A DNA stretch of 64,000 nucleotides from Selaginella moellendorffii (Eukaryota; Plantae; Lycopodiophyta): positions 128,123 through 192,122 of the forward strand of contig NW_003314420.1 of NCBI RefSeq assembly GCF_000143415.4, given 5' to 3'. Position 1 is the first letter of the stretch. Each line of letters begins with the position of its first letter. The notes under the pieces are model-generated. The model worked only from the letters and a program-made list of their open reading frames with translations, did not search any database and had not been told where the DNA came from. Shown in pieces: positions 24,471-38,780 of this stretch. The position numbers and the translations under genes are program-made.

Positions 24471-27400
24471 TCTAAGAGGTTTAGCGAGAACTAAACCAAT
24501 AAAAGGAGAGAACCACTATATGTGGTCCAATCAGTCTCTAAGTTGGAGAGACTACCCTCCTTAGAGGATATGCAAAAAGGCATGGTGAGCCTTCAATGCC
24601 CAACCATTGACGAATATGGAGAAGGCATGGTGAGCCTTCAATGTCACACCATTGACAAATATTGGCTACGTACCAAGGATGGAAATGGTAACACATGCGG
24701 GTGTTACTTTATAAAATGGTTCACCGTTCGATGAGGACATCGAACTTCGTCCGCGACTAAATTTTTCATTCTACTTTAGTCACTTAACCACACCTCTGAC
24801 CACTTGGAGGAGTCTCATTCACAACCTCCATAAGTCCAATCCAGGACTTGGGACTTGCTAGCCCCGAGAATGGCATCCATGCCACTCAACATTTGCACTT
24901 GGTCCAAGTGCTCCACGTGTCCGATCCCGTGACCGACACTCAAAGGTACCACCGACATAGCAGCCCGTTACGCTAAGGCCATGCCCAATCACCTTTGCCA
25001 CACTGGTAGTCCAACACCACTTGCATCACCGTCTTGGCTCTCCAAGACTAGGGAAACCATCCGTGAGTGGTCATCTCAGATCCACTCCTTAGCATCCCTA
25101 GGATGCCCACCGACAAGGGGAATAGCCTTCCCCAATATCCCTCTGTCAGTCCCCACTAAGTCCCTTTCTGCCCCTGGCCGTGTTTGCCAACACTGACTGC
25201 CACTGGACCGAGACCCACAGGCCCGACCACTAAGTCCCACAGTCCTCTGGGACTTCCTCCCCACACGACTGTGTTCTTGGTCACTACCCCAGAGGACTGC
25301 TCCTCTTCCTTTCCACAGTCTGGGCCTTTGGGACAACATTTCGGAACACCGTGACCTTACGCGAGCCACCTGGGTACTCTCCCCGCCTTTTGCCTTTAGG
25401 TGCTCTAGCCATGGGCTTAGAGCGAGGTTCCGTTGTGCCACGCCTGGTATCCAAGTAGGTAGTGCCACCCACACTTGGACTGGGAGCATCGGCCAGTCGA
25501 TCTCCCGGGGGAACTAGAGCTGGCTCTTGAACACTTCACCAAGCTACCCCGCTTGTCGGTCCATGTTCACTCTAGTCTTGGACTTCCCAGTGGGCAGCTC
25601 ATCACCCAACATTGGGTCCGGCCTTCCTGGGCCAAACTGGCCTTTCCTGGCCAAACTGGCTCCACTGCAGTCCTCCCCCTACTATACTTTTGGAGCTCAC
25701 CAAACCCCCCAGGGTCTGGGAGACGAACGCTTTGGGCTTTCACCCTCTCAGGCTCCGGACTCGGACTCAGACTCGGTCTGGGTCTCGGTCCCGGACTCGG
25801 TCTCGGTCTCGACCTCGGACTCCATCTCGGACTCCATCTCGGACTCCATCTCGTTCCTCAAGCACTTCGTTGTCCGAGGTGGACCCGAGTTGGAGTCTGA
25901 AGTGGAGTCCGAGATGGACCCGAGATGGACCCGAAATGGAGTCCGAGATGGAGTCTGAGATGGACCCGAGATGGACCCGAGATGGAGTCCGAGATGGAGT
26001 CCGAGATGGAGTCCGAGATGGAGTCCGAGATGGACCCGAAATGGAGTCCGAGATGAAGTCCGAGATGGACCCGAAATGGAGTCCGAGATGGAGTCCGAGA
26101 TGGACCCGAGATGGAGTCCGAGATGGAGTCCGAGATGGACCCGAGATGGACCCGAGATGGAGTCCGAGATGGAGTCCGAGATGGAGTCCGAGATGGAGTC
26201 CGAAGTCGAGACCGAGACCGGGACCGAGACCGAGACCGAGACCGAGACCGACACCGAGATCGGGACCGAGACCGAGACCGAGGCCGAGGCCGAGACCGAG
26301 CCCGAGCCCAAGTCCGAATCCGAATCCGAATCCGAGTCCGAGTCCGAGTCCGAGTCCGGAGCCTGAGAGGGTGAAAGCCCAAAGCGTTCGTCTCCCAGAC
26401 CCTGGGGGGTTTGGTGAGCTCCAAAAGTATAGTAGGGGGAGGACTGCAGTGGAGCCAGTTTGGCCAGGAAAGGCCAGTTTGGCCCAGGAAGGCCAGACCC
26501 AGTGTTGGGTGATGAACTGACCACTGGGAAGTCCAAGACTAGAGTGAATACGGACCGACAAGCGGGGTAGCTTGGTGAAGTGTTCAAGAGCCGGCTCTAG
26601 TTTCCCTGGGAGATCGACTGGCCGATGCTCCCAGTCCAAGTGTGGGTGGCACTACCTACTTGGATACCAGGCGTGGCTCAACGGAACCTTGCTCTAAGCC
26701 CATGGCTGGAGCACCTAAAGGCGAAAGGTGGGGAGAGTACCCAGGTGGCTCGCGTAAGGCCACGGTGTTCCGAAATGTTGTCCCAAAGGCCCAAACTGTG
26801 GAAAGGAAGAGGAGCAGTCCTCTGGGGTAGTGACCAAGGACACAGTCGTGTGGGGAGGAAGTCCCAGAGGACCATGGGACTTAGTGGTCGGGCCTGTTGG
26901 CCTCGACCCAGTGGCAGTGTTAGCAAACACGGCCAGGGGCAGGAAGGGACTTGGCAGGAACTGACAAAGGGACTTTGGGGAAGGCGATTCCCCACGTCTG
27001 TGGGCATCCTAAGGATGCTAAGGTGTGGATCTAAGATGACCACTCGTGGACAGATGGCCAAGTCTTGGAGAGACGGGATGGTGATACAAGTGGTATTAGA
27101 CCACTAGTGCAGCAAAGGTGAATGGGCATGGCCTTAGCGTAACGGGCCGAGACGTCAGTGGAACCTTTGGGTGTCGGTCTTGGGACCGGACATGTGGAGC
27201 ACTTGGACCAAGTGCAAGTGTTGAGTGGCATCTTGGGGCTAGCAAGTCCCAAGTCCTAAATTGGACTGATGGAGGTTGTGAATGAGACTCCTCGAAGTGG
27301 TCGGAGGTGTGGTTAAGTGACTAAAGTAGAATGGAAAAATTAGTCGCTTACAACTTGGTATCGGAGCTGTTCCTTAGTCTGACTTTTATTGGTGCTCAAG

Positions 27401-30400
27401 TATATCACCACTAGCGTTGGCATCGGAAGGTCTGAGGAGTGGGCCTATCCTTGAGGAGTAGCAAGTCGGGAAGACATGGCTCTCCATTACTGTTCATGTG
27501 TGAACTTGTAGACGAGGTGGTGGATAGAAAAGGGCCAATAATGGAACGACTTTGGGATCTTGGGAATAGTGCAAGGTTTTCCTCATTGAGTTGAGGATGT
27601 GATCCAGATGAGCATTTGTCTCAGCAAATTGGCTAAGGTTGTTGTGGTAAACAACTAAAGTTGGGATCACGGGAAAGATAGAGACTCCAAAACAATAAAG
27701 GAGTCACAAGATTATCCTCATATAGTTGAAGTTGGTGCTCATGAATGTGAGACCAAAGGTAATGACCGTGGAAGGTCAAATACGGAAGAGGACTCAAGTC
27801 CTTGAAATGGTAGCCGGGGTTACCTTTAATAAATGCTGGAACAACCCAAGGAGTTGGGGGGTGTACTTAGAGATGAGTGGTATTCTCATCACATGGACAA
27901 GTAGTCCTAAGGGGCAAAAGTTGCCCCCAGAGAACAAAATCAAGTGTCGGAGTAACACTTGTGAAAATAGTCCTTTTGAGTAGGACAGGAATGCAAGAAG
28001 TGTATTCCAGTGAGCTAGTGCCTCACAAGTAGGACCTTACGGGTCTATGGATTAACCAAGTCCAAAACTGCTGGATGACTCAAGTAGAGTCAAGGGATGG
28101 TCCTAAAAGGACTGATAGAAGCATTTGGACTGAGGTGTGTTGTACCCCACAAAGGATGGGGGGGGATCATAGGATCCAAGGATGAGAACAGAGGGTATCT
28201 CATCGATGGCAAAATGTGCCATGCAAAAATTATGGAAAAGGTGTTCCCAGAAGAAAACAACTTTGACATAAAGTTGTGTGTGACCTCTATGGTGCAGTGC
28301 TAACGGATGGTTGGCATGAGAAAGAGCGGTGTTGGTCTTGGCAAAGACTTAGACACGAAAGGGAAATGTCATAGAGGTAGGCTCGTGGAGCCGATGGTGT
28401 GGAGACACCAAATGTGCCAAGGTGTGATACCTTGAGGCTATGTTGATGGGTTCATGAGAACCCCTTGCCAAAGGAATCCCAATGGAAATGGGAATGGCAT
28501 AGCCTAAGTTGCAGAGTATGCAGTTGGAGTGTGGTGACCCAGATAATGATGGAGGTGTGAAAGCACCAAGCAATGAGTTGTAGGACTTGACAACTATGAG
28601 GCAACTAAGCAAGAGGTGCAAAATAACTGGTTGAACGGGTAGAAGGTAGCTACCCAAGACTACTAAGTCCCACAGTCCTCTGGGACTTCCTCACCACACG
28701 ACTGTGTCCTTGGTCACTACCCCAGAGGCCTGCTCCTCTTCCTTTCCACAGTCTGGGCCTTTGGGACAACATTTCGGAACACCGTGGCCTTACACGAGCC
28801 ACCTGGGTACTCTCCTCGCCTTCTGCCCTTGGGTGCTCTAGCCATGGGCTTAGAGCGGGTTCCGTTGAGCCACACCAGGTATCCAAGTAGGTAGTGCCAC
28901 CCACACTTGGATTGGGAGCATCGGCTAGTCGATCTCCCGGGGGAACTAGAGCCGGCTCTTGAACACTTCACCAAGCTACCCCACTTGTCAGTCCGTGTTC
29001 ACTCTAGTCTTGGACTTCCCAGTGGGCAGCTCATCACCCAACACTGGGTCCGGCCTTCCTGGGCCAAACTGGCCTTTCTTGGCCAAACTGGCTCCACTGC
29101 AGTCCTCCCCCTACTATACTTTTGGAGCTCACCAAACCCCCCAGGGTCTGGGAGACGAACGCTTTGGGCTTTCACCCTCTCGGACTCGAACTCGGACTCG
29201 GACTTGGACTCGGACTCGGACTCGGACTCGGACTCGGACTCGGACTCGGCCTCGGCCTCGGCCTCGGTCTCGTTCTCAGTCCCGATCTCGGTCTCGGTCT
29301 CGGTCTCGGTCTCGACTTCGGACTCCATCTCGGACTCCATCTCGGACTCCATCTCAGACTCCATCTCGGGTCCATCTCGGACTCCATCTCGGGTCCATCT
29401 CGGACTCCATTTCGGGTCCATCTCGGAGTCCATCTCGGGTCCATCTCGGACTCCATTTTGGGTCCATCTCGGGTCCACCTCGGACTCCATCTCGGACTCC
29501 ATTTCAGGTCCATCTCGGGTCCACCTCGGACTCCATCTCGGGTCCATCTCGGACTCCACTTCGGACTCCAACTCGGGTCCATCTCGGACTCCACTTCGGA
29601 CTCCAACTCGGGTCCATCTCGGACTCCACTTCGGACTCCAACTCGAGTCCATCTCAGACTCCACTTCGGACTCTAACTCGAGTCCATCTCAGACACTTCC
29701 ACGTGTCATGTGTTGGTCCTTTTGGGTCCCTTTTTGGAGCCTCGCTTTTTGCTCGCTCCGTGCTCGTTCCTTGAGCACTTCTTTTGGGAGTTCCACTCCC
29801 ACTCTTGACTTTTCAAGTCGGAGCTTTTGGTCGAAACGTGTTACGCTCGTTTGGCTCTCGCTTCAGCCACTACCACGTGGCACCCTTTCCGGCTCCACTT
29901 TGGGGCCTAGGGATTTTGTGTCTCACAACTCCACCACCCATGGACGAAGTTCGATGTCCTCATCGAACGGTAAACCCTTTCATAAAGTAACACCCACACG
30001 TGTTACCATTTCCATCCTTGGCACCTAGCCAATCTTTGTCTATGGTTTGACACCAAAGGCTCACCATGCCTTGTCCATCCTTTAAGGAGCGTAGTCTCTC
30101 CAACTTAGAGACTAATTGGACCACATGTAATGGTTCTCTCCTTTTATTGGTTTAGTTCTCGTTAAACCTCTTAGAGACCCTTCTCTAAGTCAATCCCACT
30201 ACTCCTTCTCGAGTAGTCTCAATTTCCATCGATATAACCTTTGCACTTTGGAACTTTGAATTTTGACTTCTTGGAGTCAATTTCCTAGGTGTCTCCAACA
30301 CCTTGCCTTGCACCTTTTGTGCAACTCCACTTCCCATCCTAGGAAGTTCTCTACTCGAGGGCACCATCATCCTCTCTTTTATTTCGTGCCAAAGTTCCAG

Positions 30401-32232
30401 TTATCATACTTTGTGCTAGGGCTGTTCATGGCCCTATCATTTGGCTACCTTACCGCTCCCTCCCTTAGAGCTTCCACTTTCGCCAAATCAGAGCATTTTG
30501 GAATCCCTCCTTGGAAACACACTTCCTTTCCCACAACTTGTTAGCGTCCAACACATTAGTGTTCCTCGCCTAACTTTGTCACTTGGATTCCTTCCAAGGG
30601 ATTCCACGGCCCTATCTTGGCCACTCATCTTTTGCTCCTATCCGTTGATTGTTGCACCAAGCAACATCAAATCTCTACCTCCCTCCTTGAGGTATTGTTT
30701 CGGTTCCATAGCAAAGACTCTTCTTTGCCAAGTCCGGAGGATGTTCACCCCTAGTACGTCTCTTTAGCATCTTCTGCTATGGGCTCTATCCACGGCCCAA
30801 CTTCGTGACCCTCCCATGGGTCTTTTATAGAGACTACTTTCCTCGAACTCACTATGCCATCACACGGACATAGTTTATTTCCCTTAGGTGCTCTTCCCAC
30901 TTGGTTATCACGACCAAGCCACACCACCTTAAACAGTTCAATTTCAACATTTTGAACCAGGAACTTCATTCCTTAGCCAACCAAGGACCTTGTCCTTATC
31001 TGGCCATAAGATCATCTAGTGATCTCACCTTGGCACCTTAACAGAGTTGCCAAAAGGTACTTGGTTTTCTAGACCTCCAAGTTGTTGACTATAACCCCGA
31101 GGGCATCCCCCACACTTGGCAGTGCACCCAAGCTAGCCCTTACGGCCAAGGGTTCATAGCAACTGAGATTAGGTGTCCCCATCTCACTCACCACGATCTT
31201 GGTGCCACTTGCACCAAAGTGTTCAAGTTAGATATGCTGAGCTTTCACACTAAGCAATCTAACCGTGCATCACGACTCTGAGGCATCCCTCGCTTGGCGG
31301 TGTGCCCAAACCAGTCTCCCCACTGAGAGTCCATGACCACCGAAATATGAGTGTCCTCATATTCCAAACCATCACCATGCCCTAGTGATTTGGGACTCGA
31401 ACCCAAGCACTAGAGGGTCGGGACTCGAACCCAACCTCCGTATATGCATCTACGGACGGCATCACACAAGATGCCTGGCGTGACTCCCCACGCCGGTGCA
31501 CCAACTTATTTTTAAAGCGCACTACCTACTTGGATACCAGGCGTGGCTCAACGGAACCTCGCTCTAAGCCCATGGCTAGAGCACCTAAAGGCGAAAGGCG
31601 GGGAGAGTACCCAGGTGGCTCGCGTAAGGCCACGGTGTTCCGAAATGTTGTCCCAAAGGCCTAGACTGTGGAAAGGAAGAGGAGCAGTCCTTTGGAGTAG
31701 TGACCAAGGACACAGTCGTGTGGGGAGGAAGTCCCAGAGGACCGTGGGACTTAGTGGTCGGGCCTGTTGGCCTCGATCCAGTGGCAGTGTTAGCAAACAC
31801 GGCCAGGGGTAGGAAGGGACTTGGTAGGAACTGACAAAGGGACTTTGGGGAAGGCGATTCCCCACGTCTGTGGGCATCCTAAGGATGCTAAGGTGTGGAT
31901 CTAGGATGACCACTCGTGGACAGATGGCCAAGTCTTGGAGAGACGGGATGGTGATGCAAGTGGTATTGGACCACTAGTGCAGCAAAGGTGAATGGGCATG
32001 GCCTTAGCGTAACGGGCCGAGACGTCAGTGGAACCTTTGGGTGTCGGTCTTGGGACCGGACACGTGGAGCACTTGGACCAGGTGCAAGTGTTGAGTGGCA
32101 TGGATGCCATTCTTGGGGCTAGCAAGTCCCAAGTCCTAAATTGGACTGATGGAGGTTGTGAATGAGACTCCTCCAAGTGGTCGGAGGTGTGGTTAAGTGA
32201 CTAAAGTAGAATGGAAAAATTAGTCGCTTACA
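24471..32232. mobile_element. Rearranged family-A (LARD) complex inserted between integrase and chromodomain
   Basis: Segments: internal 3' end (+) 24471-24752; LTR (-) 24753-25851; LTR (+) ~25872-27352; PBS 27356-27367 and internal (+) to ~28660; LTR (-) 28661-29927; internal (-) to ~31520; LTR (+) 31520-32232. All are homologous to 47282-55144. Confidence 0.85.
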
Positions 32233-32490
32233 CTGCTTCGCAAGGACCAAGTGAGACCTTTACCTGAGGTTATCCAAGGGGAAGAGGAATACGAAGTCAA
32301 GGCCATCCTCAATGCGCACAAGAGCAAGCGACAAGGACACAAGGTGAGAGAATTCCATGTGAAATAGAAAGGATTTCCACACTACGAAGCAACATGGGAA
32401 CCGAAGGAGAACCTAGCGAACGCGCGAGATTTAGTGGAAGAATTTCTGCAAGGCAAAACTCTATGTATTTATGCAAAGTTCAATTAAAAA
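32233..32490 (+). pseudogene. Integrase C-terminal chromodomain of gypsy copy B
   Basis: LLRKDQVRPLPEVIQGEEEYEVKAIL...FHVK*KGFPHYEATWEPKENL continues directly from HPVFHVN at 24470. Confidence 0.85.
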
Positions 32491-33025
32491 TATCAATTTG
32501 TGAAATTGAGCAATGGCATATGTTGGGACCCTATCGCGAATGTGACTTCGGGTATCAAAAGTTACCTGTCGGCCAGTCCTTACGGACACTCTTACCTTAC
32601 TGCCACGATGGCAGAAGGTCAGTATTGCTGGACCCTTTATCAGTCCCTCTTGTGTTAGTGGAGTTAACTGGGCATTTCGAGTGTACTTAGACCGGACGAG
32701 CATAAGGACGGAATTCCTACGTGTTATTAGCTAAGCATACTTAGCCCGGTAAGGAGTTCTCGTCTCGTTTTGTCTTGCACTTGCTAGTGACAAGAACCCT
32801 CGCGTATTGAGATTAGTCCCTAAATATCGCTACATGATAGCTTACCATATCTACCAAACACCCTCGCTATCATGCCCTTTGTGTTAGTCTCATTTCGGTC
32901 CCAAATGCTATGTATGGAAAGTGTCCAGATTTGCTCCTTTGGCATATCTACAGAATGTAGAGATCGGTCTGAACACAATGGTGTTCGTCCCATGTCCAAA
33001 TTCACAATCTAGGGACATTCCATAT

Positions 33026-35140
33026 TTAGTAAATTTCGAGCTTTTCCCAGAGACTAACTCCTGATACTAAGGGAAGCTTGGGGTGAAAGCCCAAAGCATG
33101 TGTTCCTCAAGGGGGGGGGGGGGGGGGGGGGGGGGCTATAGGGGGTTCCAAATGTATAGTAGGGATAGTGCGTAGGTCGGGCATGGCCAACCAACCTGAG
33201 GCATAGTCTAGCTCCCGCTTGGGTGCCTGTCCTTGTTCTGTGTCCGGCTTGGGTCTAAGCCCAAGTTCCATTCCATGCTAGCTGGTGGAGTACCCATACT
33301 CTCACGTTAGGCCACCGGTATGCCGAAATAGCACTGGACTCCGTTTGGCTCTGTTTTGCGTGCTGGTCCTGGCATTGGGATGCTGGTTGCTCCAGGACTG
33401 TTCCAAGTCGCTCCGGGCTCCTGTCCCTTTGCTCCTTGGGCTATATGCTCGGGAGTTGCTCCGTGGTCCGGTTCCATCACTCCTTAGCGTCACGCTTGGG
33501 AGTTTGGCACCGTTCCTTCGTTCAGTGGCCCAAGGCCCTGAACCTTGGGTTCCTATGGCCACATGGCATGGACACATGGCATGTGACACATGGCATCTAT
33601 CACATGGCACAAAGAGGGTTTAGGTTCCGCTTCGTGGTGTTATCCTATGGTAAATCACTATAGGATAAAGGGTCAAAACCACGTGCGCTACATTTGGTAT
33701 CAGAGGGTGAGTCTCAGCGAGTACTATTCAATGAGATTGGGCAACTAGTCTCGTTGCATACGCAAAGATGAAAACGATGATCCGAGTGGGTACACGTTTT
33801 GGTGCAAAGACTTCGCATTGGTTCCTTGGGTATGGATATTGTTACCTTATTGTACCTTATGATGAGAGCTTGCGCTTGGGCTCATAGGATGGATTTGAGT
33901 TGTTCCGGTAGCACGAGTTTAAGCTTGAGCTCGTGAGTGAGGCACATTAGCAACTCGAGGTTACACTTTGAGTTGGCAGGATTAATGTTAGCCTATCGGT
34001 GGTTCCATGAGTTGTTCCATGTACCATGGGTGCAAATAAACTTTCCCTGGGTTTGTTATGAGTGGCAAATAGGCTGGTCCGTAGCTGTTTAGCACGGCAC
34101 TAGTGGATCCTTCCTAGGCATGATTATAAGTGGAACAATTAAGACTATAGGGATTAGTCTATTGGTTCAAGTAGTCATGGCCGTGCTTTCTCATAAACTT
34201 TTCTTTGATTGAACTGAAAGCAGTGCGAAAGCAAGCTTGAGGTTTGGTCAAAAGATGAGACCGAAAAGAGAGTCATCGGGGACGAAGGATCAAATACGTA
34301 AATCATTTTCTCTTCTTGGAGAGATGATCTGCAACGAGGTGTTAACTCATTACTTGTGTTCACATCATGCAATCAAGAGTCCCTATCTTGATGCATGTTG
34401 GAGATGGTGGTCTTACAATGGTGAGTTGTGGGATGGATAGCGCTGAAGCGCTAAACCATTTTGTCTAAACTTGCTATTGGAAGACTTGGGTTGCAATGCT
34501 CAATTCTTTTTCGAGGAACCTTGCTATTGCTCCTTGAGTAGCTTGGTGTTGGATTAGTTTTGAGTTTGGTCAGAAAAAGAGTGGCATGAGCTTATCTGTG
34601 TTGTGAACAAAAGTTAGTGATGTTGGGTGTTGTAAATCTCTATCGGTGGAGTGTGGCATTTATGTTGCATTTTGTCAAATCGAGTTGACACTTGATATTC
34701 ACATAAACCTTTAAAGTAATGACATGGGCATTGCTCATAGTATTGCTTGATTGACGATCAAGTCATTGTGATTTATATCATATTATCCATATGATAATGA
34801 GCAATGTGTTTACGAAGTTGCTTGGGTAAATGTTGATCAACCCCAAAGTGGTTGATGGAGAAGCTAGTCTACTTGCACGAAGTAGCATTGTAGTAGCTTT
34901 GACTGGATTCTCAATGGTGGTCCATTATGCTAAGCTTAAGTTGGTACCTTGCTTACTTGAGTTTGCCCATCAGGTATTGGAAAAGGGTTATAGCATTCAC
35001 TTGCTATGACTTGTCGGTTGATCCATTAGCACTTGGAGTAGATTGTTGGATGGAGAAGATGTGTAGTTGGGGCATTGACATCACTAACACTTGTGTTAGT
35101 AGAAGTGGCATAGTTACTTCGAGTGATGAGGAATTTTCCT
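33026..35140 (+). mobile_element. Family-D LTR 3' part (ends GCGCTACA ~33692), PBS and non-coding internal region
   Basis: TGGTATCAGAG follows the LTR end; 25-nt poly-G at 33111-33135; reverse homologs at ~7900-8640, ~9130-9737 and 38783. The LTR start was not identified. Confidence 0.65.
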
Positions 35141-35273
35141 TGGACCTTGATTTTTCATGTTCAGTTTCGAACTTGATCTTAGACTCGGTCTCATCCAATG
35201 AACTCTTTATCATTTCAGTTGCACTTTCAGGGATCCTTTAGCCTACAACATCTCAGGGAGTTGGTTCCTTACA

Positions 35274-35733
35274 TTACCTAGCCACTGCACCATTAATCGG
35301 GCTTGCTAGACTATGTGTGAACTCCTCTTAAATTTCCCTTTACCATATGTTCCTCTTAGTTTAGCTCCTTTTTTGAATGTGGACCTTGACCCCGTTGGTG
35401 TTCCCTTTTCATAGGTTATTATTAAAATGCACCTTTATAGCTGTATATAATGCTTTCTTATAGTTGGTTAAGTTTTACTGCATCACCTTGCCTTGAGCCG
35501 AGGTTTGTAAGCCTGATATAAAGGCATGGAATGCATCCATGTCACCCATATCCGTGACAAGGATCCTTTTGGCCATAAACCCATTCATATACTCTTGAAT
35601 GTTTTCTATCTACTTTAGCCTACTCAGCTCATCCTTTAGGTGCAGAGTAGCATTTGGAGGAACATAAAATGCATAAATCCTCACCTTCATCACTTCTCAA
35701 GTGGCCATCAGTCCTTTGTTGGCCTTTATTATT
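35274..35733 (-). pseudogene. gag fragment bounded by family-C LTR ends
   Basis: Reverse homolog of 36915-37290; family-C LTR ends at 35273 (-) and starts at 35734 (+). Confidence 0.75.
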
Positions 35734-36449
35734 TGTAAGGAACCAACTCCCCAAGGTGTTGTAGGCTAAAGGATCCCCGAAAGCATAACCAAAATGATAA
35801 AGAGTTCATTGGATGGGACCAAGTATGAGATTGAGTCCAAGACTGACTCTGAGACTGAGTTTGAGATAGAGTCCGGGATTGAGTCTGAGGTTGACTCTGA
35901 GACCGAGTGCGAGACCGAGTTTGAGACCGAGTTCGAGACAGAGTCCGAGATTTGAGATCGAATTTGAGACCGAGTTTGACGTCGAGTCTGAGGTCAAGTC
36001 CAAGATCGGGTCCGAGGTTGAGTCCGAGATCAAGTCCGAGGTTGAGTCCAAGGTCAGGTCTGAGATCGAGTCCGAGACTAAGTCCTAGTACTAATACAGA
36101 TCGAGGGGTGAAAGCCTAAAACATGTTTCTCCCAGGGGGAGAGGGGGTGTAGGGGGTTCCAAAAGTATAGTAGGGATAGTGAGGTCTAAGAACTAATCTT
36201 GAAGGAACTCTCTAGTGGTGCTTCCAAACTGACTTGAGGTTGAGACTGGGGCTAAAGGGCCTTAGGTGGGAGTGAGCATGGACTTGGGTGGTGCTGGAGG
36301 GGCCACCCCAGGAAGTGCTCAAGAGCAACTCCCACTCCCGGAAGGGAAACCGACAACGGTGCTCCCAGCTCATGTGGAGTGGTGCCCCACTTGAGTACCA
36401 TGTGGCTCATTGGTCCTCCCCTTCCCTAGGGGGACCTTCCCTTGGGCTA

Positions 36450-37287
36450 TGGATGAGGAATCCTTGCATGAGGAGGACTCCAATAAGGAAACTTCCAAAT
36501 AGGAGTCCGATGGTCAGGTTCGGTCGTCTAAGGCTCGATTGGACATTCTAGAAGGACACTTGGCACAGACCAATGCCCTGCTGAAGACTCTTATTCTTAA
36601 GCTAAAGTGTGACGAGAAGCAAAAGAAAAAGTGAAAGACTACAGATGTTGGCAACGCAGAAAGTGCGGACCTTTGGCAGGGACTAAGGCAGTACCAAACA
36701 AGGTTGAAAAAACCGCAGTGGAATCAGTCCCTCAAGTAGTTCCTAAGTACAAACCAAAGCCCCCATCGGTCTTTAAGGGAGTGAATGACTTTAAGGTGGT
36801 GGAAGATTGGTTTTACAATATAGAGGACTACTTTCAAGCATTGCGACTACCGAGTTCGGAAAAGGTCCCATGTGCAAAACCATAGTTGGCAAATAATGCC
36901 AAGTCTTGGTGGAAAATGACAGAGGCCAACAAATGACCAGTGGCCACTTAGGAAATGATGAAGGCAAAGATCCGCACAACTTACATTCCTCCAAATGCCA
37001 CTTTGCATCTAAGGGATGAGCTGAGTAGGCTAAAGGAGATTGAAACCATTCAAGAGTATGTGAATGGGTTTATGGCAAAAAGGATACTTGTCATGGATAT
37101 GGGTGATATAAATGCATTTCATGCCTTCATATCAAGCTTACAAACCTGGGCTCGCGGCAAGGTGATGCATTGGAACCCAACCAACTACAAAGAAGTATTA
37201 GATGTGGCTATCAAGGTGCGTTTCAATGATAACCTGCGAAAGGGGAACACGACGAGGTTGGGATCCATGTTTAGCAAAGGAGCCAAA
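36450..37287 (+). pseudogene. Ty3/gypsy gag (Retrotrans_gag-like)
   Basis: PPSVFKGVNDFKVVEDWFYNIEDYF...NAKSWW...LRDELSRLKE..TIQEYVNGF. Confidence 0.8.
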
Positions 37288-38780
37288 TGTAAGCCACAAA
37301 TTTTTCCTTTCCAATTTGCCAACTTACCTCGTCTATCCGACCAACACTGCCTTGGCTTGTGCTAAGTTCCCTCGCCAAGGTTCTCGCCTATTGTACCAGC
37401 TCCTACTTGGTCCTATTTGGTTTTAGCTACTCACTGCATGAGCAACGGAGAGTTAGCCTTCAATCCACGGATTCCCAAATCTCTCCCAATCCCCCTCCTC
37501 GGGTTAGACTAGACTTAAGGTTCGGCTACACTCCTAGTAGGCACAAGCAGCCAAGCACACCAAGCCTCCAGGTTCCTAACACCCCTTGGTACAACAAGAC
37601 TTGATCATGGGACCCTCTAAATCCCAAGCCTTGGGTGCAACACTTGCTTCGGGACATCGGGGCAAAACACCGTGGCCTAACGGCCCGGTGTGGGTACCTC
37701 TATCCCCCCACTTCCATCCCAAAGGGAAGGCCCAAGCCCCTAGGAAGGGCGAGGACCAATGAGCCACAAGGTACTCAAGTGGGGCACCACTCCACATGAA
37801 CTGAGAGCACCACAATCGGTTTCACTTTCGGGAGTGGGAGCTACTCTTGAGCACTTCCCTGGGTGGCCCCTCCAGCACCACCCAAGCCCATGCTCACTCC
37901 CACCCAAGCCCCCTCGACCCCAGTCTCAACCTCAAGTCAGTTTAGAAGCACCACTGGAGAGTTCCTTCAAGACTGGTTCCTGGACCTCACTATCCCTACT
38001 ATACTTTTGGAACCCCCTGCAGCCCCCCCCCCCCCCCCCCCCGGGAGATGCATGCTTTGGGCTTTCACCCCTTGACCCGTATTAGTATTTGGACTTAGTC
38101 TCAGATTCGATCTCGAACTCGATCTCAGACCCGACTTCAGATTCGGTCTCGGACTCAATCTCGGACTCGATGTCGGACTTGATCTCAGACTCGACTTCAG
38201 ACTCGACCTCGGACTCGGTCTAGGACATGATTTGGATCTCAGACTCTGTCTCGAACTCAGTCTTGAACTCGGTCTTGATCTCGGTCTCTGATTTCGCCTC
38301 GGCTCGATCCTGGACTCTATCTCAAACTTGGTCTCAGAGTCGGTCTTGGACTCGATCTTCGACTCGGTCCCATCCGATGAACTCTTTGTTATTTTGGTGA
38401 TGCTTTCGGGGGTCCTTTAGCCTACGACATCTCGGGGAGTCGGTTCCTTACAATTCCACGACCCATAGAAGAAGTTTGATGCCCACATCGAATGTCTCTT
38501 TTTATCTTACAACTTGTTGACCATGTCTCTGGGGGCATCCCCCCACTTAGCGGTGTGCCTAAGTTAGCCTCCCTGGCCAAGAGCCCATGACAACGGAATA
38601 TAGGTGTCCCTATACCCCTCACCTCACCACGCCCTAGTATGGGGTCGGGACTTGAACCCAGCCTTGCTTTATTAGGGGGTTGCAACTCGAACCCAACCTC
38701 CATAGAATACGTCTATGGATTCGACATCCCCGCGGGGAGTCGAACGCCTGGTCGACCTAACCAACCCATGCTAATTAGCT
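37288..38780 (-). mobile_element. Full-length family-C LTR (37288-38452, 1165 bp) with PPT and 3' internal region
   Basis: Minus-strand TGTAAGGAACC...GGCTTACA preceded by ATGGGTCGTGGAAT; degenerate GAGTCC/GAGACC hexamer array and poly-C at 38023-38042. Confidence 0.85.

Noticed and set aside
33111-33135. 25-nt poly-G as a distinct functional G-quadruplex
   Set aside because: Length-variable homopolymer of the shared LTR block and prone to sequencing error.
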